64,000 bases of DNA, taken from NCBI GenBank assembly GCA_964016885.1, contig OZ024741.1, positions 239,444,001-239,508,000 of the forward strand, in the 5' to 3' direction. The first letter of the stretch is position 1, and each line of letters begins with the position of its first letter. The stretch comes from Eledone cirrhosa (Eukaryota). Position numbers and translations under genes: made by a program. The notes below the pieces were generated by a model. It saw only the letters and a program-made list of their open reading frames with translations, had not been told where the DNA came from and made no database searches. Positions 12,120 through 26,160 of this stretch are shown here, in pieces.

Positions 12120-12487
12120 CAGGGGCGAAGGGTCCGTGCATGCAACACTTGCAGTGCATGCGTTATAGAATCTTGAGTTGAACAATTGTGTCGGTTGAAG
12201 CAAGCAGAATTTTGGCTGCTTACTAAATCGTAGACACAAAAAAAGATAACATACACACATACACACAAACACACGACAGCTTTGGGGAAAGCAGAATTTT
12301 GACAACTTACTAAATCGTAGACACATAAAAAGATACACACACATACTAGATAACACTTCATGCGGCTTTGACCGGGAGGGTCATTTAGAGGGAATCGGGG
12401 GGGGGGGGGGGGGGGGCTGCACAACCCCACTTTCCGCCATGGCGATTGGACTGCATGACCTGCTTTCCAGATTACCCTTCGCCACAG
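12120..12487. mobile_element. Non-autonomous DNA transposon/MITE (hAT-like termini)
   Basis: Imperfect TIRs caggggcgaagggt / acccttcgccacag (12/14); internal direct repeat aagcagaatttt..cttactaaatcgtagacac; paralogous copy ~46970-47295. Confidence 0.55.
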
Positions 12488-13404
12488 ATATACACATATA
12501 TACATGCAGGGTATCCAAAAAAATATATACATATTTATTAGAATGCTATTGAAGTGTGTGTATATATAGTTTGTGTGTGTGTGACCAATTCACAGTAATA
12601 ATGGAATAATTTTCAATTTTCCTTTGCACAGTTTTACATTGATTGTACAAAATTTAAGATTTGTGGATACAAACCATTCGCAATTTTATTGCCTGTCTAT
12701 TACAATATTTGCAACACATGGTATCTACTTTCAGGTAAGCAGTCTGTAGTAAACTCACTAACATCTCTAATTTCTAAGGTAGATTACTTAATGAACAAAC
12801 TAACACAGCAGCATTGTAAACATGACGATGACTAAATCTCATCAGATTTAGACGTATTTCAGCAGATTATTTAATCAAACTTCAACGTATATTATTTATA
12901 TATCACATAGGTAATTAAATTTGATTGTATCAATTAATGAGATTTTAATGGAAAATACTAGGGTAGGAAATTATAAAAATATAAAAACGATTCAATGGGA
13001 AATTAGTAGGAATTATTTAATTACCTCCCCTCTGTATACTACTAAGTTCAACAAAATTACATGTTTAACAAAACAAAGCTTATATACTGTAATATATGAC
13101 AATATATATCTATTGACTTATGGTTAATATCAGTAAATTCCTATTTTAAATTGAAAAAATATTTTAGTTTAACATTTTTGTTCAATAAATCACCTTCCTA
13201 AAATAAAACAAACTATTTTGTAATCTGGTCATATATTTTGGTACGTTTGTTTTTGAGAGGTTCCTAGCAATAGTTTGTTGTATTTGTTATATTCATTTAT
13301 ATTTGTGTTTATCAACAGCATTATATTGTTAATGTTATTCTGAAAGAATTGTGAGCAATTTGTAATGTTATTTATGTGTGTATATATATATATATATATA
13401 TTAG

Positions 13405-13628
13405 GTGTCACGACAAAAAAACACACAGTGTGGCCGTATAGGTAACACGTTAAAACCTCCCAGTCCACACTGTAAACATGGTTGGTGTTAGGAAGGGCAT
13501 CCAGCCGTAGAAAACCTGCCAGACAGTCCTATACGAGCAAGACAACCAATCTTGCCTCAAGTGGGAAAATTACCGTCCAAACCCATGCTAGCATGGAAGA
13601 TGGACGTTAAACGATGATGATGATGATA
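13405..13628 (+). mobile_element. SINE-like element, 3' part, (TGA)n tail
   Basis: cacactgtaaa..ggttggtgttaggaagggcatccagccgtagaaa...acccatgctagcatggaagatggacgttaaacgatgatg; paralogous copy ~48170-48392. Confidence 0.8.
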
Positions 13629-15118
13629 TATATATACTCTACCTCAAGTCAAGTTATAATCTAAACATTTTGGATGTCTCCTTAAATAGAAATAATTCTT
13701 TAAAAGGATATCTTTCAACAATTAATTCATTTCTTTACTATACAAACAGCTTGCTTATGTGTTAAAAACAAATCTATCATTAAAATAATATTAAACCAGA
13801 CATCAGAAACCACTTTTTTATAACAGCTTAATTATACTAAATTGCTATATAAACATGTTGCTTATGTGTGAAAAAACACTTTTATATAACAGGGCTTAAT
13901 TACATTAAATTAAGACAATATTTGGCTGAAATGTTTTAATTTTGCATATAAAACCAAATATATTTTGTATGAATAACTAACTAATTTTAAATCATTAATC
14001 CTAATGTAAGATATATTTACTGAAAATAAATAATTTGATAAGCATTTGTTTCCTATAATTGAAAATAGATGTAACAACATGTAAAAATCTAAAACAAATT
14101 CTAAATTTAGTCCTGTAGATGAATATTTTTTATATCAAACCTACTAGATTGATGTTATTTAGCTCTATGTAAGCTCCTATACAGCAGACATATCAAAAGC
14201 ATTTCAGTCATGCCTCTATTGTTCAAAATATTGTACCTTTAAGCATTACAAAAGAAAATATATAACAGTTCAGGGATTTGTGTATGAATAGATAATGGGC
14301 AAGAGTTAATATAGATACCAATATTTGTTACAAAGATTTAAGGCCACAGATTCCTCATTTCTTTGCTAAATTGACATTCTCTAATTAAAGAGAAAAAAAA
14401 TCAATATCATTGGTAATTATTGAAATATCATAAATATGTCTACGTTACCACAAATGTGTTAAGATACATATATATGCATAAGTAAATCATCCACTGATAT
14501 ATATAAGGCATAATAGTAACTTAAATCATTCAAATGAATAATTTACAGAAAAGAAATTAATAAGCCTAATTTTAACATGAAATTATAGAAATCGTTAGAT
14601 TTATACATAAAGATTTACACACATTCACAGATCTCATGTATACACACATACACATAATCTATATGAAAATAATATTTCATTACCAATTTTCTTATATACA
14701 GTAATGTAGGTTTTACATAAATATTGTTAATAGATATTTCAATGATATTCTAGTTCAATATTTAGTATGTACTAAGACCCTACAATGTCTGACTGAATAA
14801 TTCAGTAAAAATATATAATGATGAGTTATGTTAAAATGTAATAAACAAGATAAATATTGTATATACATCAAAGATGACTGCAAATATTTTCAGAAGTATG
14901 TTATATAAAACTACAATTGAACATATATTCCTCTTTCTCTATCACTGTTTCTTACAAAATACTTGATAGCCATGTTGGTAAAGTAGACATTCAATGAGAA
15001 CTAACACAGATCTAATATGGCCACCATTACAATATTATATTTTGATGTTAGAATATAGCTATATATTAAATTTTTATTTTACATGAATAGACAGATAATA
15101 TAGTATAATAGAACTTAC

Positions 15119-15495
15119 ATTCATTGTGTAAAATCCTTTGTTATAAACTGTGAGTTGGTCCCAATGTTCTGTTAATGGTTGTCTGTGTCACTGCTGCTAT
15201 GGTGTGACAATGGCTTCATGTTGATGGAATAGTGTTGGTCGTGAGTCAGTGGGAACCAGCAGTTCCTCTCAGTCTTCTGTGTATGTGTGATGTTTACTGA
15301 GTGTGAGTGTGTGTGAGAGAGGTGAGGGAGGGTGATGCTTACTCCAGCCTCACTCAGACTAGATGTGTTTCCCCTCACAGAGAAGAGGGAGAGAGAGAGA
15401 AGACACTATATCAGCTCCACTAACAGTCAGCCATAATATGTCTATATAATACCAACATGTCTGATGTAGAGAGACTGACATAGAAATACTTAGAA
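15119..15495 (-). promoter_or_regulatory. Putative promoter + non-coding exon 1 of g1
   Basis: Conserved block; GTAAGT donor at 15118; predicted intron 6249-15118. Confidence 0.6.
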
Positions 15496-15935
15496 AATAG
15501 AGGGTATATTAACAAAATATGGCTGATGTTGTTAATGTGTGTGTACTATAAAATGTATTTTAAATGTTGACAATAATAGTTAGTGTGTCTGACCTAATTA
15601 TAATTTTACTCTTAAATTCAAGATATATTTAGGAAAATTTAGAGATGTTATGTTAACTATCTAAAATATATTTTCTAAAATGTTACCTATGTAAAATATA
15701 TAATTTATTCATATAAAAGTTAATTTATATTTTGAAATTTGAATAATAATTCCCTGGGAATAAAGTCTATTTATTATGATAGAGGAATTTACCCACTTTC
15801 ATAATTCCATTATAGTAAAGCAAACATATGATGATGATGATGAATATTATCAACTAACTAATATATTTCTATAATTTTAAATATTGTGTTAATGTTGAAG
15901 GTGATATTTCTGTTGTGTTAACTCCTCAGTCTGAC

Positions 15936-18900
15936 TTAACTAGCAACAACATCTGGTGTTGAAGGTAACTGTCTCTCTGGAGGTTTCACATATCTGTCTT
16001 GGTAATGGTCTCTCTCATTGTTGCTTGACACATCAGGTGGGACACCATAGATTCCTGAAACAAGTACATCAACTCAACTTACTACATAGTTCATATAGAT
16101 GCCATATATTTTCTGACTGAAATTAGTAATCAATCTCTTGTTTATTATATTCACTAAGCTAAGATATTTAATGTTCTTAGATGTAATCATTTCCATGATA
16201 TAATGATTAAAGGTTGACTGAGTATATAAGTCAGTTCCGTTAATGGTAATACACCCAGTGTATGATGTATACAGTGGTATATCTGTGTAGAAATATATAT
16301 TCACTTATAAAATTTATAAAGATTGATAGAAATAATATCAGATTATTTCATAATTGTGAAAATTAGAAATTATGAAAATCAAATAATGAAATTAATAACA
16401 GATAAGGATAAATAAAATTGTTTTACCTGACATTGCTGGTATTTCTTCATACTGTCTACTTGACCTTTCACTCCAGCACTGTCCACTGCTCTTACGACTG
16501 GTCAATGTATCAGTGGGATAGTTAGAAGATGGCCTGTTGTCTCCATAAGATGTCACTTCTATAGGTTGACTATATTTCTGCAGGACAATATAATTACAAT
16601 AAAGAACATAAAGATATCATTTAGGACATTATACCTGAAATATACCCAATATCTAGATATTGATGTGTACATGTATACTATTGAAATATTGGACCATTAT
16701 GTATAAAAGAATCAGTTGTATAGATCCTGTTTATTTGATCATTTGTCATTATACCAAATAAAATGTATCCAGTACAGGTTACAAATAATCATTTCATAGC
16801 TTACTCTGGATATAAACGTAGATGTAGCTTTTTAGGTCTATGTTAATGCATATGATATAAGTGGATGAATAAGCATGTTTTCAGTGCAAAGTTGAATTCA
16901 TAGCAGGCAGGAAATTTGGCATGTTTATCAACAGAAGTAGTTTCCAAAACAATCTGAAATTGTGTAAAATAGATGATACAACAAAGTTAAAATCCTATTG
17001 ACAAAGTTAATCTTGCTATAAATTACTAGATTCTGGCTCCACAGTGTATGACTGCATCATTGATTCAAGGCACTCATTAAAATCCATTTCCAGAAAATAC
17101 CTTACCATTTGGATTATTGTGTTTCAAAAGTAAATCATCATAACCTTATTTTTTTCAACCAGATATATTCTATACTAAAACCAATCAGAAAGTAAACGGA
17201 CTACCTACATTGGTAATTTTAAACAGTAACTGCAGAGTTGAAAATATTCAGCTGTTTCATTTTTAATTAAATGTTATTCAACAGATAGAAAATATTAGAT
17301 AGAGCTTACCTTTGTGGATTTCTGAAGAGATCTGTTCATTGTTGATATCTTCCAGTCTTCAGGATAGTAATGACTTCTAGACTGACTATATCTGTCTGAT
17401 ATCTCTCCTCGATTACCTGACATCACAGATACACTGTTGTTACCTTGATAGATCAACTGTCTCATCTCATTACGACATTGGTATGCCTGTTTCTCTTCTG
17501 TTGTTCTAGCTGAGTTATTTCTTACATTGTTACATCTCACAATACACAATGTTATAGAAACCACAATAGCTATAGATACTATCACAGCTGCTACTACAAT
17601 GATAATCAATAATGTTGCATCTATTGTGTTATCAGTTGGTACATGGACAGCTGTGAACATTGGTGATGTCTTGTTACTAACAGTCAGTGTTAAAGAGACA
17701 CTAGTTGCTGCTGACAGAACTGGAGTACCACTGTCTTTCACAACAAACTCCAGTTGATATGATCCAGCATCATTTTGGTAAACTGTGCGAGAGTAAGATA
17801 AGACACCAGTGAATGAGTCCAGTTTAAATAACTGTTTCTCATTACCTGAAAGGATTTCATACCTGAGAAAAGCATTCATGTGACTGTCTATATCAGAGGC
17901 TTTCAGAAGTGTGATGTCATTCTTACTTTGTGGATGATAGTGTATATCAAGAGAGAAAGGATCAACACTAGGAAATGTAAAATATGGAGCATTATCATTT
18001 TTATCTAATACTTCCACTTCAACATTCACTGTGTTATTTAGAGATGGTGTTCCATTGTCTTTGACTAAAACCTCAAAGTCATAGAAATCTCTGTGTTCTC
18101 TGTCTAAAGACTGGTTTGTTGAAATAAAGCCAGAGTTGATAATCTGGAATGGTAGACGATATTGGTGTTTATTTCTCAGATAATAACTTAATTCACCTCC
18201 CTTACCAACATCTGGGTCTGTAGCATTGATAAAACCAATAGGGAAATTAGCTTTGTCATTCTCATAGGTAAGGAACTTGAATGTATCTTTGGTAAAGTGT
18301 GGTTTTACATCATTCACATCTAAGACTTGTATTGAGAGATCTTTATCAGTTTTCAGAGAAGGTAATCCTTTATCTTGACAAGAGACAGTAAAGTGATAAT
18401 GTTCCCGTGTCTCTCTGTCTACTGCTTTCTTTAGAACTATTTTATATTCCTTAGATCCCATTGACTGTAGTTTGAATGTATCATGTTTGATATTACAGCT
18501 GACTTCTCCATTGTGTCCAACATCATTGTCAGTGACCATCACATAAGCAATGAAACTACCAACTTTGATATCTTCCAGAATGGTAGCTGTGTTATGATTC
18601 TCTGTAGAAATGTAGTTGACATCAATATTTGGAGGATTGTTGTGTTGGTTGATAACATTTACCAGAACAGTTGCTATGGCACTGAGTGGTGGACTGCCAT
18701 TATCTCTGGCTTCAATATATAATTTTAAAAATTCTTCTTTATCAATTTCTGAAGATTTAGCTAAATATAACTTTCCTGTATTTTCATCTAAATTAAAGTA
18801 TCTTTTCATTTTCTCTGCAGTTTTCGTAGCAAAATAGAAAGATATTTTACCATTCCTGCCAATATCTAAATCATTGGCAGATAATGTCACAACTGGAATA

Positions 18901-19661
18901 TTCTTTTTATGCTTATGTTCTATAGAGACATTGTAGATACTTTGAGAAAACTGTGGTTTATTATCATTTTCATCTTCTACAGATATTTTAACATTCAAAA
19001 TACTTTGTTTTGGTGGAGTTCCTCCATCTTTAGCAATAATTTCAATATTGTAACTGTCTTTCTTTTCTCTGTCTAATTTATCTTCTAAAATAATTTCTAA
19101 CGTTGATATTCCACCTGCTTGTTTGGAAACACTTAATGAAAATTGTCCTTCATTATCAAGAAGCTCATATTTAATTAGACTGTTCTCATATCCCACATCT
19201 TTATCAACCGCATTGGGTATTGATCTCTTGGTGTTTTTACTATCAGTTTCAGAAAACTGAATATTGACTTGTTCTGTTGGAAACTCAGGTTGGTGGTCAT
19301 TGATGTCTTCTATTATGACTTTAATTTTCAATATCTTCATAAATGTCTTGGATTTGTGAACAGCAACTTTCACTATTTCAAAACATTCTTTCTCATAACT
19401 ACACACAGACTCAGCATCCAATGTCTGAACAGTGTACAGTTTACCTGTTTTTGTCACATTAAACAATTGTTCTCCCTTTTGTTGTAGTTGACTAAATGTA
19501 ATTAAATCCTTATTCTTTAAGAAGGAGCTATCTGATGTCTGTAAGTCAGTAGCAATGTCCCCTACATAAGTATAGGGATTACTCTCTTCTTTAACATGGT
19601 ATGTGATATGTTCACTTAGATAACAGTGGAAGAAAGTCAGCAAAATACACAGAAATAACAT
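15936..19661 (-). CDS. Protocadherin g2; coding exons 19661-17310, 16577-16427, 16054-15936
   Basis: Same architecture and intron phases as g1; 5'UTR acceptor AG at 19711-19710. Confidence 0.95.
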
Positions 19662-19892
19662 CTCTGCTCTTGATGTTATCCTCAGAAATTAGAATTCCAA
19701 ATATTCCAACTGAAAGAAAAAGATTTAATATATTAATGTGAAGTGAATAGAGTGTTATAAACATGGAAACAACATTATACCGTAGCTCCTCAAATTGTGT
19801 GTGGTCTGTATAATACATCACAAAAAAGAGCAAAGCTCATATTCTTAATATGACATAGAAATAGACCACATTATATATATATATATATACAC

Positions 19893-20040
19893 AAATCATC
19901 GTTTAAGATCTATTTCCCTTCCAGCATGAGTTAGATTAGCTGCCCCATAATGAGACAAGCCAGGTTGGATGATTGTCTTGCTCATACAGAATTAAATTTG
20001 GCTAGATTTCTACAGCTGGATACCCTTCCTAACGCCAATC
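19893..20040 (-). mobile_element. Degraded SINE-like element next to a short (TA)n
   Basis: gatttctacagctggatacccttcctaacgccaa is the reverse complement of the family core. Confidence 0.65.
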
Positions 20041-20504
20041 ACACAGTAACAATGGGATAATATACAATTTTATTTTGCATAGTTTTACATTGATTTTACA
20101 AAATTTAGGTATTAACATTTTGAATTATGGAAACAAATCATTCACCATTTTATTGTCTGTCATTTTTTATATTTGCAGTAGATATGGAGTATAAAAAGGT
20201 GCAGTGCACTCAAAGTTTATGGAAGCCATGGAGTGGGAAGACGCAGGAAGAATTAGGATGAGGTGATAAAAGCTGACGTTGCTCAATTGCACCTATCAAA
20301 AGTGATGACACAGGATCGAGATCTCTAGCGTTTGCAGTCATATAGAAGACCCACGTTCCCATGAGCCCCGACTGAAACATACATCTAGTATGCACCACCT
20401 CCACTCTTTCTATTTACCTCCCACGTCCTAACATTCCACCCCTCAAACACACCCAAATATCCAACTCCCTAATCCCCACACAACTCTCCCACCAAATACA
20501 CCAG

Positions 20505-20825
20505 ACCACACTGTAAAGTTATTATGATGGCAACATGACAGACAGCACCCAGCCCATCCGAAACTGTAAAGTTGTCATGTAGGTGTCAGGACAAAAAGCA
20601 CGAAGTCCACACTGTAAAGTGGTCATGTAGGCATCACAACAAAAAGCAACCAGTACTCACTGTAAATGAGATTGGAGTTAAGAAGGGAAACTAGCTGTAG
20701 AAATCAAGCCAAAATCAGTTCTGTGTGAGCAAGAAATGGTCACCTGACCTGGCATTTCTCACAAGACAATTCATCTAACCTATGCTAGCATGGAAAAATA
20801 GACGTTAAATGGTAATGATGATGGA
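20505..20825 (+). mobile_element. SINE-like element with internal cacactgtaaagt repeats
   Basis: Similar to 36612-36878; tail catggaaaaatagacgttaaatggtaatgatgatg. Confidence 0.7.
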
Positions 20826-20988
20826 GTATATTTCCAGATAAGCAGTCTATAATAAACACACTAACATGGGTAAACCTAAGATATATTACATTATTCGACA
20901 AATAAATATAAGATAGCTGTATTGTGAGCCTGAGCATAGCTACATCACATCGATGATAGATTCAACGTCTATTATACATATTTTGATA

Positions 20989-23900
20989 TAGGAATTTGAA
21001 ATTGGCTGTATCCAATAAATGGGATTTCAATGGAACATACTGAGGCAGAAAATTATTGATTTCTAACTTAGACACAAGGCTAGCAAATTCGGAGGAGGCC
21101 AAAGTTGATTAAATTAACCTAATACTTAACTGGCATTTTATTTTATTAACCCAGGAAGGATGAACGGTAAAGTTAACCTCAGAAATGATTCATTTGGAAA
21201 TAAATAGGAATAGTTTGAATTATCTCCCCTCTATATATACTACTAAGTTACATGTTTAACAAAACAAAGCTTACACTATAATATAGCTTGACAATAGATA
21301 TATATTGACTTATTACTGTTAATATTAAATTTATATTTTAAACTCAAAAACATTTTATGATAATATTTTTGTTCAATAAATCTCTTCCCAAAAATAAAAC
21401 ATACTATTTTGTAATCAACTCTACCTGATGTCAAGTTATAATCTTAACATCTTGGATATCTCCAATCTTTAGCTAGAACTAATTTTGCATATAAAACCAA
21501 ATATATTTTTAAAATAAATATCAAATTTTACATTATGACAATGCAAAATATATTTGCAGCAATAAAAATAATTGGACAAGATGCATTTGTTTCCTATACT
21601 TGAAATGTAACATTAGGTGAAAAAAATTTAAAACAAATTCTTATAAATTTGTTTGCAATAACTTATTCAAAAAGAGGAATAAAATAATTGGCACAAGATT
21701 TCTAAATCATATTGTTATTTAGTCTTCTAGATGAATATTTTTTATATCAAACTTACAAGATAGATGTTATTTAACACTATCTAGTAGATATGTCATCAAA
21801 AGCATTCCAGTCATGACCACAGCCCCAATTTATTGGTCATCTAAGTGATACAACAAAAATATGACAGATCAGATGCGTGTATGAATAGATAACAGGCAAC
21901 AATATCAATATTCTTAAATATTTAAGGCCAAAAATTCTGCATTTCTTTGATAAATTAACCTATAATAATTTTTTTAAAACATGGTTGGCAATAGTTGAAG
22001 TATCAAATATTTTGTATATGTTAACACAAATGTATCAAGAAACATTTATGAATAAGCAAATCATCCACTGATATATATAAAGCATATTTGTAACTTAAAT
22101 CATTCAAATGAATAATTTACAAAAAAGAAAGAAATAAGCCTAATTTTAACATGAAATTATAGGAATCGGTAGATTTATACATACTGAAGATTTACAAACA
22201 TTCACAGATTTCATGTATACACATACACAATCTATATTTAGTATGTACTAAGGCCATTCAATGTCTGACTGACTAATTCAGTAAAAATATATAATGATGT
22301 GTTATATTGAAATATAATAAACAAGAAAAATATAGTAAATACATCAAAGATGACAGCAAATATTTCCAGAAGTATGTTATATAAATCTACAATTGAACAT
22401 ATATTCCTCTCCCTCACTGTTTCTTACAAAATACTTGATAGCCATGTTGGTAAAGAAGACATTCAATGAGAACTAACACAGATCTAATATGGCCACCATT
22501 ACAATATTATATTTTGATATTATAATATAGCTATATATGAGGTTATTATTTTACATGACTGGATAAATAATATAGAATATTAAAACTTACATCATTGTGT
22601 AAAATCCTTTGTTATAAACTGTGAGTTGGTCCCAATGTTCTGTTAATGGTTGTCTGTGTCACTGCTGCTATGGTGTGACAATGGCTTCATGTTGATGGAA
22701 TAGTGTTGGTAGTGAGTCAGTGGGAACCAGCAGTTCCCCTCAGTCTTCTGTGTATGTGTGATGTTTACTGAGTGTGAGTGTGTGTATGGGAGAGAGAGGT
22801 GGGGGAGGGTGATGATCACTCCAGCCTCACTCAGACTAGATGCGTTTCCCCTCACAGAGAAGAGGGAGAGAGAGAGAAGACACAATATCAGCTCCACTAA
22901 CAGTCAGCCATAATATGTCTATATAATACCAACATGTCTGATGTAGAGAGACTGACATAGAAATACTTAGAAAATAGAGGTTATATTAACAAAATGTGGT
23001 TGATGTTGTTAATGGTATTTAATATAAAATGTATTTAAAATATAAACAATAACAGTTAGTATGTGGTTGACCTAATTTTAAACTAACTCTCCCACTCAGG
23101 GTATATTTAATAAAATCTACAGATGTTATGTTACCTCGCATCATTATCAGTTTTGTCCATCTTTACATGTAAAATATATTTCCTCAAACATAAAATTTAC
23201 AATATATTGTACTTATTATTTATCTATACCATAATTCAATTTATATTTTCAAGTATAAATTGTAAAGTCTATTATTATTGTAGAACATTCCCTATTATTA
23301 TATTTACCTTAATATTATCAACAAACTAATATACTTCTGTAGTTTTAATTATTGTGTGGATCTTGAAGGTGATATTTCTGTTGTGTTAATTTCTCAGTCT
23401 GACTTAACTAGCAACAACATCTGGTGTTGAAGGTAACTGTCTCTCTGGAGGTTTCACATATCTGTCTTGGTAATGGTCTCTCTCATTGTTACTTGACACA
23501 TCAGGTGGGGCACCATAGATTCCTGAAACAAATACATCAACTCAACTTACCAAATAGTTCAGATAGACAGACAATAGGTATTTACTGGCATTAGTTATCA
23601 ATCATTTGTCTACTGCATTCATTGGTCTAATACAAAATAGCAACCATTAAAAAGGTTTTGACTGACCATCCCTAATACACTGCAAAATCATAATCACATC
23701 AGTATGATAAATTCTTATAATGTAACAAACATGAGAACTGAAATTGCTTTACCTGACATTGCAGGTATTTCTTCATACTGTCTACTTGACCTTTCACTCC
23801 AGCATTGTCCACTACTCTTACGACTGGTCAATGTATCAGTGGGATAGTTAGCAGATGGTCTGTTGTCTCCATAAGATGTCACCTCTATAGGTTGACTGTA

Positions 23901-26160
23901 TTTCTGCTGTAAAATAAAGTTACAATACAATGTGTAAAAAGAAATCAAGTTTGTCTATGTACCTAAAATACAATAAATTTGTAGATATTGATGGGTATAT
24001 TTATACTGTTGAATTATTGGACCTTTATATACAAAATTATCGATCCTTTTTATCTGACTACTATCTATCATAACATAAAAAATATAACCAGTAAATGTTA
24101 ACTAAAGCTGACAATCATCACAGAAATAATGTCAGCAACTTCTTACTTGAATGGGTGCATGGTCGAGGCTCCAATTCCTCCCATCTCTTCCATACAGCAC
24201 TCCATATGGTCCACAATTTTACCAGCACTATATTACACGGTGTTGATGTGGATTGTGGCAGCCCAGAAATTTGCTACCTGGCATATAGCAAATAAATATC
24301 TTATAGCTCACACTGGGGAAGAGAAGTGTACATGGCTTTTCTTAGACCTTTTATTGGGTTTAGTATAAGTTTATATTATGTTTGAATTTGTGGTGCAAGT
24401 GAATTTGTGAAGTAATAACAAGCAGGCAATTTGGCAGGTCTGTGTACAGAAGTACAGTTTATAGAGACATCTGAATAGTACACAATAGGTATTCCCACAA
24501 AGGTAGCTAATATCCTATTAATATATGGTAACAATTCACCCTTAAAATGAATAGAATCATGCACAGCCACATATGAATGGATCCTTTCATTCACTTTGTG
24601 AAGGCTTTGTACACGATTCATGTAAAAGCAAGTAACATAGAACAAGTAAATGTTGGATTATCATACGTTTGAAAATTTCACAGGATACATTTTCATCTCC
24701 ACATCATAATGATATTATTTCAACCAGATATTCTACACTACAAACCATTATTCAAACAGAAATTGTGAAATCTGAAATATTCAGATTTATCATTCTGAAT
24801 TAAAGATGGAAAATATAAATAATAGACTTTACCTTTGTGGATTTCTGAAGAGATCTGTTCATTGTTGATGTCTTCCAGTCTTCAGGATAGTAATGGCTTC
24901 TAGACTGACTATATCTGTCTGATATCTCTCCTCGATTACCTGACATCACAGCTACACTGTTGTTACCTTGATAGATCAACTGTCTCATCTCATTACGACA
25001 TTGGTATGCCTGTTTCTCTTCTGTTGTTCTAGCTGAGTTATTTCTTACATTGTTACATCTCACAATACACAATGTTATAGAAACCACAATAGCTATAGAT
25101 ATTATCACAGCTGCTACTACAATGATAATCAACAATGTTGCATCTATTGTGTTATCAGTTGGTACATGGACAGCTGTGAACATTGGTGATGTCTTGTTAC
25201 TAACAGTCAGTGTTAAAGAGACACTAGTTGTTGCTGACAGAACTGGAGTACCACTGTCTTTCACAACAAACTCCAGTTGATATGATCCGGCATCATTTTG
25301 GTAAACTGTACGAGAGTAAGATAAGACACCAGTGAATGAGTCCAGTTTAAATAATTGTCTCTCATTACCTGAAAGGATTTCATACCTGAGAAAAGCATTC
25401 ATGTGACTGTCTATATCAGAGGCTTTCAGAAGTGTGATGTCATTCTTACTTTGTGGATGATAGTGGACATCAAGAGAGAAAGGGTCAACACTAGGAAATG
25501 TAAAATATGGAGCATTATCATTTTTATCTAATACTTCCACTTCAACATTTACTGTGTTATTTAGAGATGGTGTTCCATTGTCTTTGACAAAAACCTCAAA
25601 GTCATAGAAATCTCTGTGTTCTCTGTCTAAAGACTGGTTTGTTGAAATAAAGCCAGAGTTGATAATCTGGAATGGTAGACGATATTGGTATTTATTTCTC
25701 AGATGATAACTTAATTCACCTCCCTTACCAGCATCTGGGTCTGTAGCATTGATAAAACCAATAGGGAAATTAGCTTTGTCATTCTCATAAGTAAGGAACT
25801 TGAATGTATCTTTGGTAAAGTGTGGTTTTACATCATTCACATCTAACACTTGTATTGAGAGATCTTTATCAGTTTTGAGAGGAGGTAATCCTTTATCTTG
25901 ACAGGAGACAGTAAAGTGATAATGTTCCTGTGTCTCTCTGTCTACTGCTTTCTTTAGAACTATTTTATATTCTTTAGATCCCATTGATTGTAGTTTGAAT
26001 GTATCATGTTTAATATTACAGCTGACTTCTCCATTGTGTCCAACATCATTGTCAGTGACCATCACATAAGCAATGAAACTACCAACTTTGATATCTTCCA
26101 GAATGGTAGCTGTGTTGTGATTCTCTGTAGAAATATAGTTGACATCAATATTTGGAGGAT
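20989..26160. repeat. Segmental duplicate of 1-~5180
   Basis: Near base-for-base identity, including introns and intergenic DNA, ending at the EC3/EC4 boundary. Confidence 0.9.
22591..22972 (-). promoter_or_regulatory. Putative promoter + non-coding exon 1 of g2
   Basis: Conserved block; GTAAGT donor at 22590; predicted intron 19710-22590. Confidence 0.6.

Noticed and set aside
20505-20670. Spaced cacactgtaaagt repeats as a CRISPR-like array
   Set aside because: Internal repeats of a SINE in eukaryotic DNA; the spacers are related to each other.
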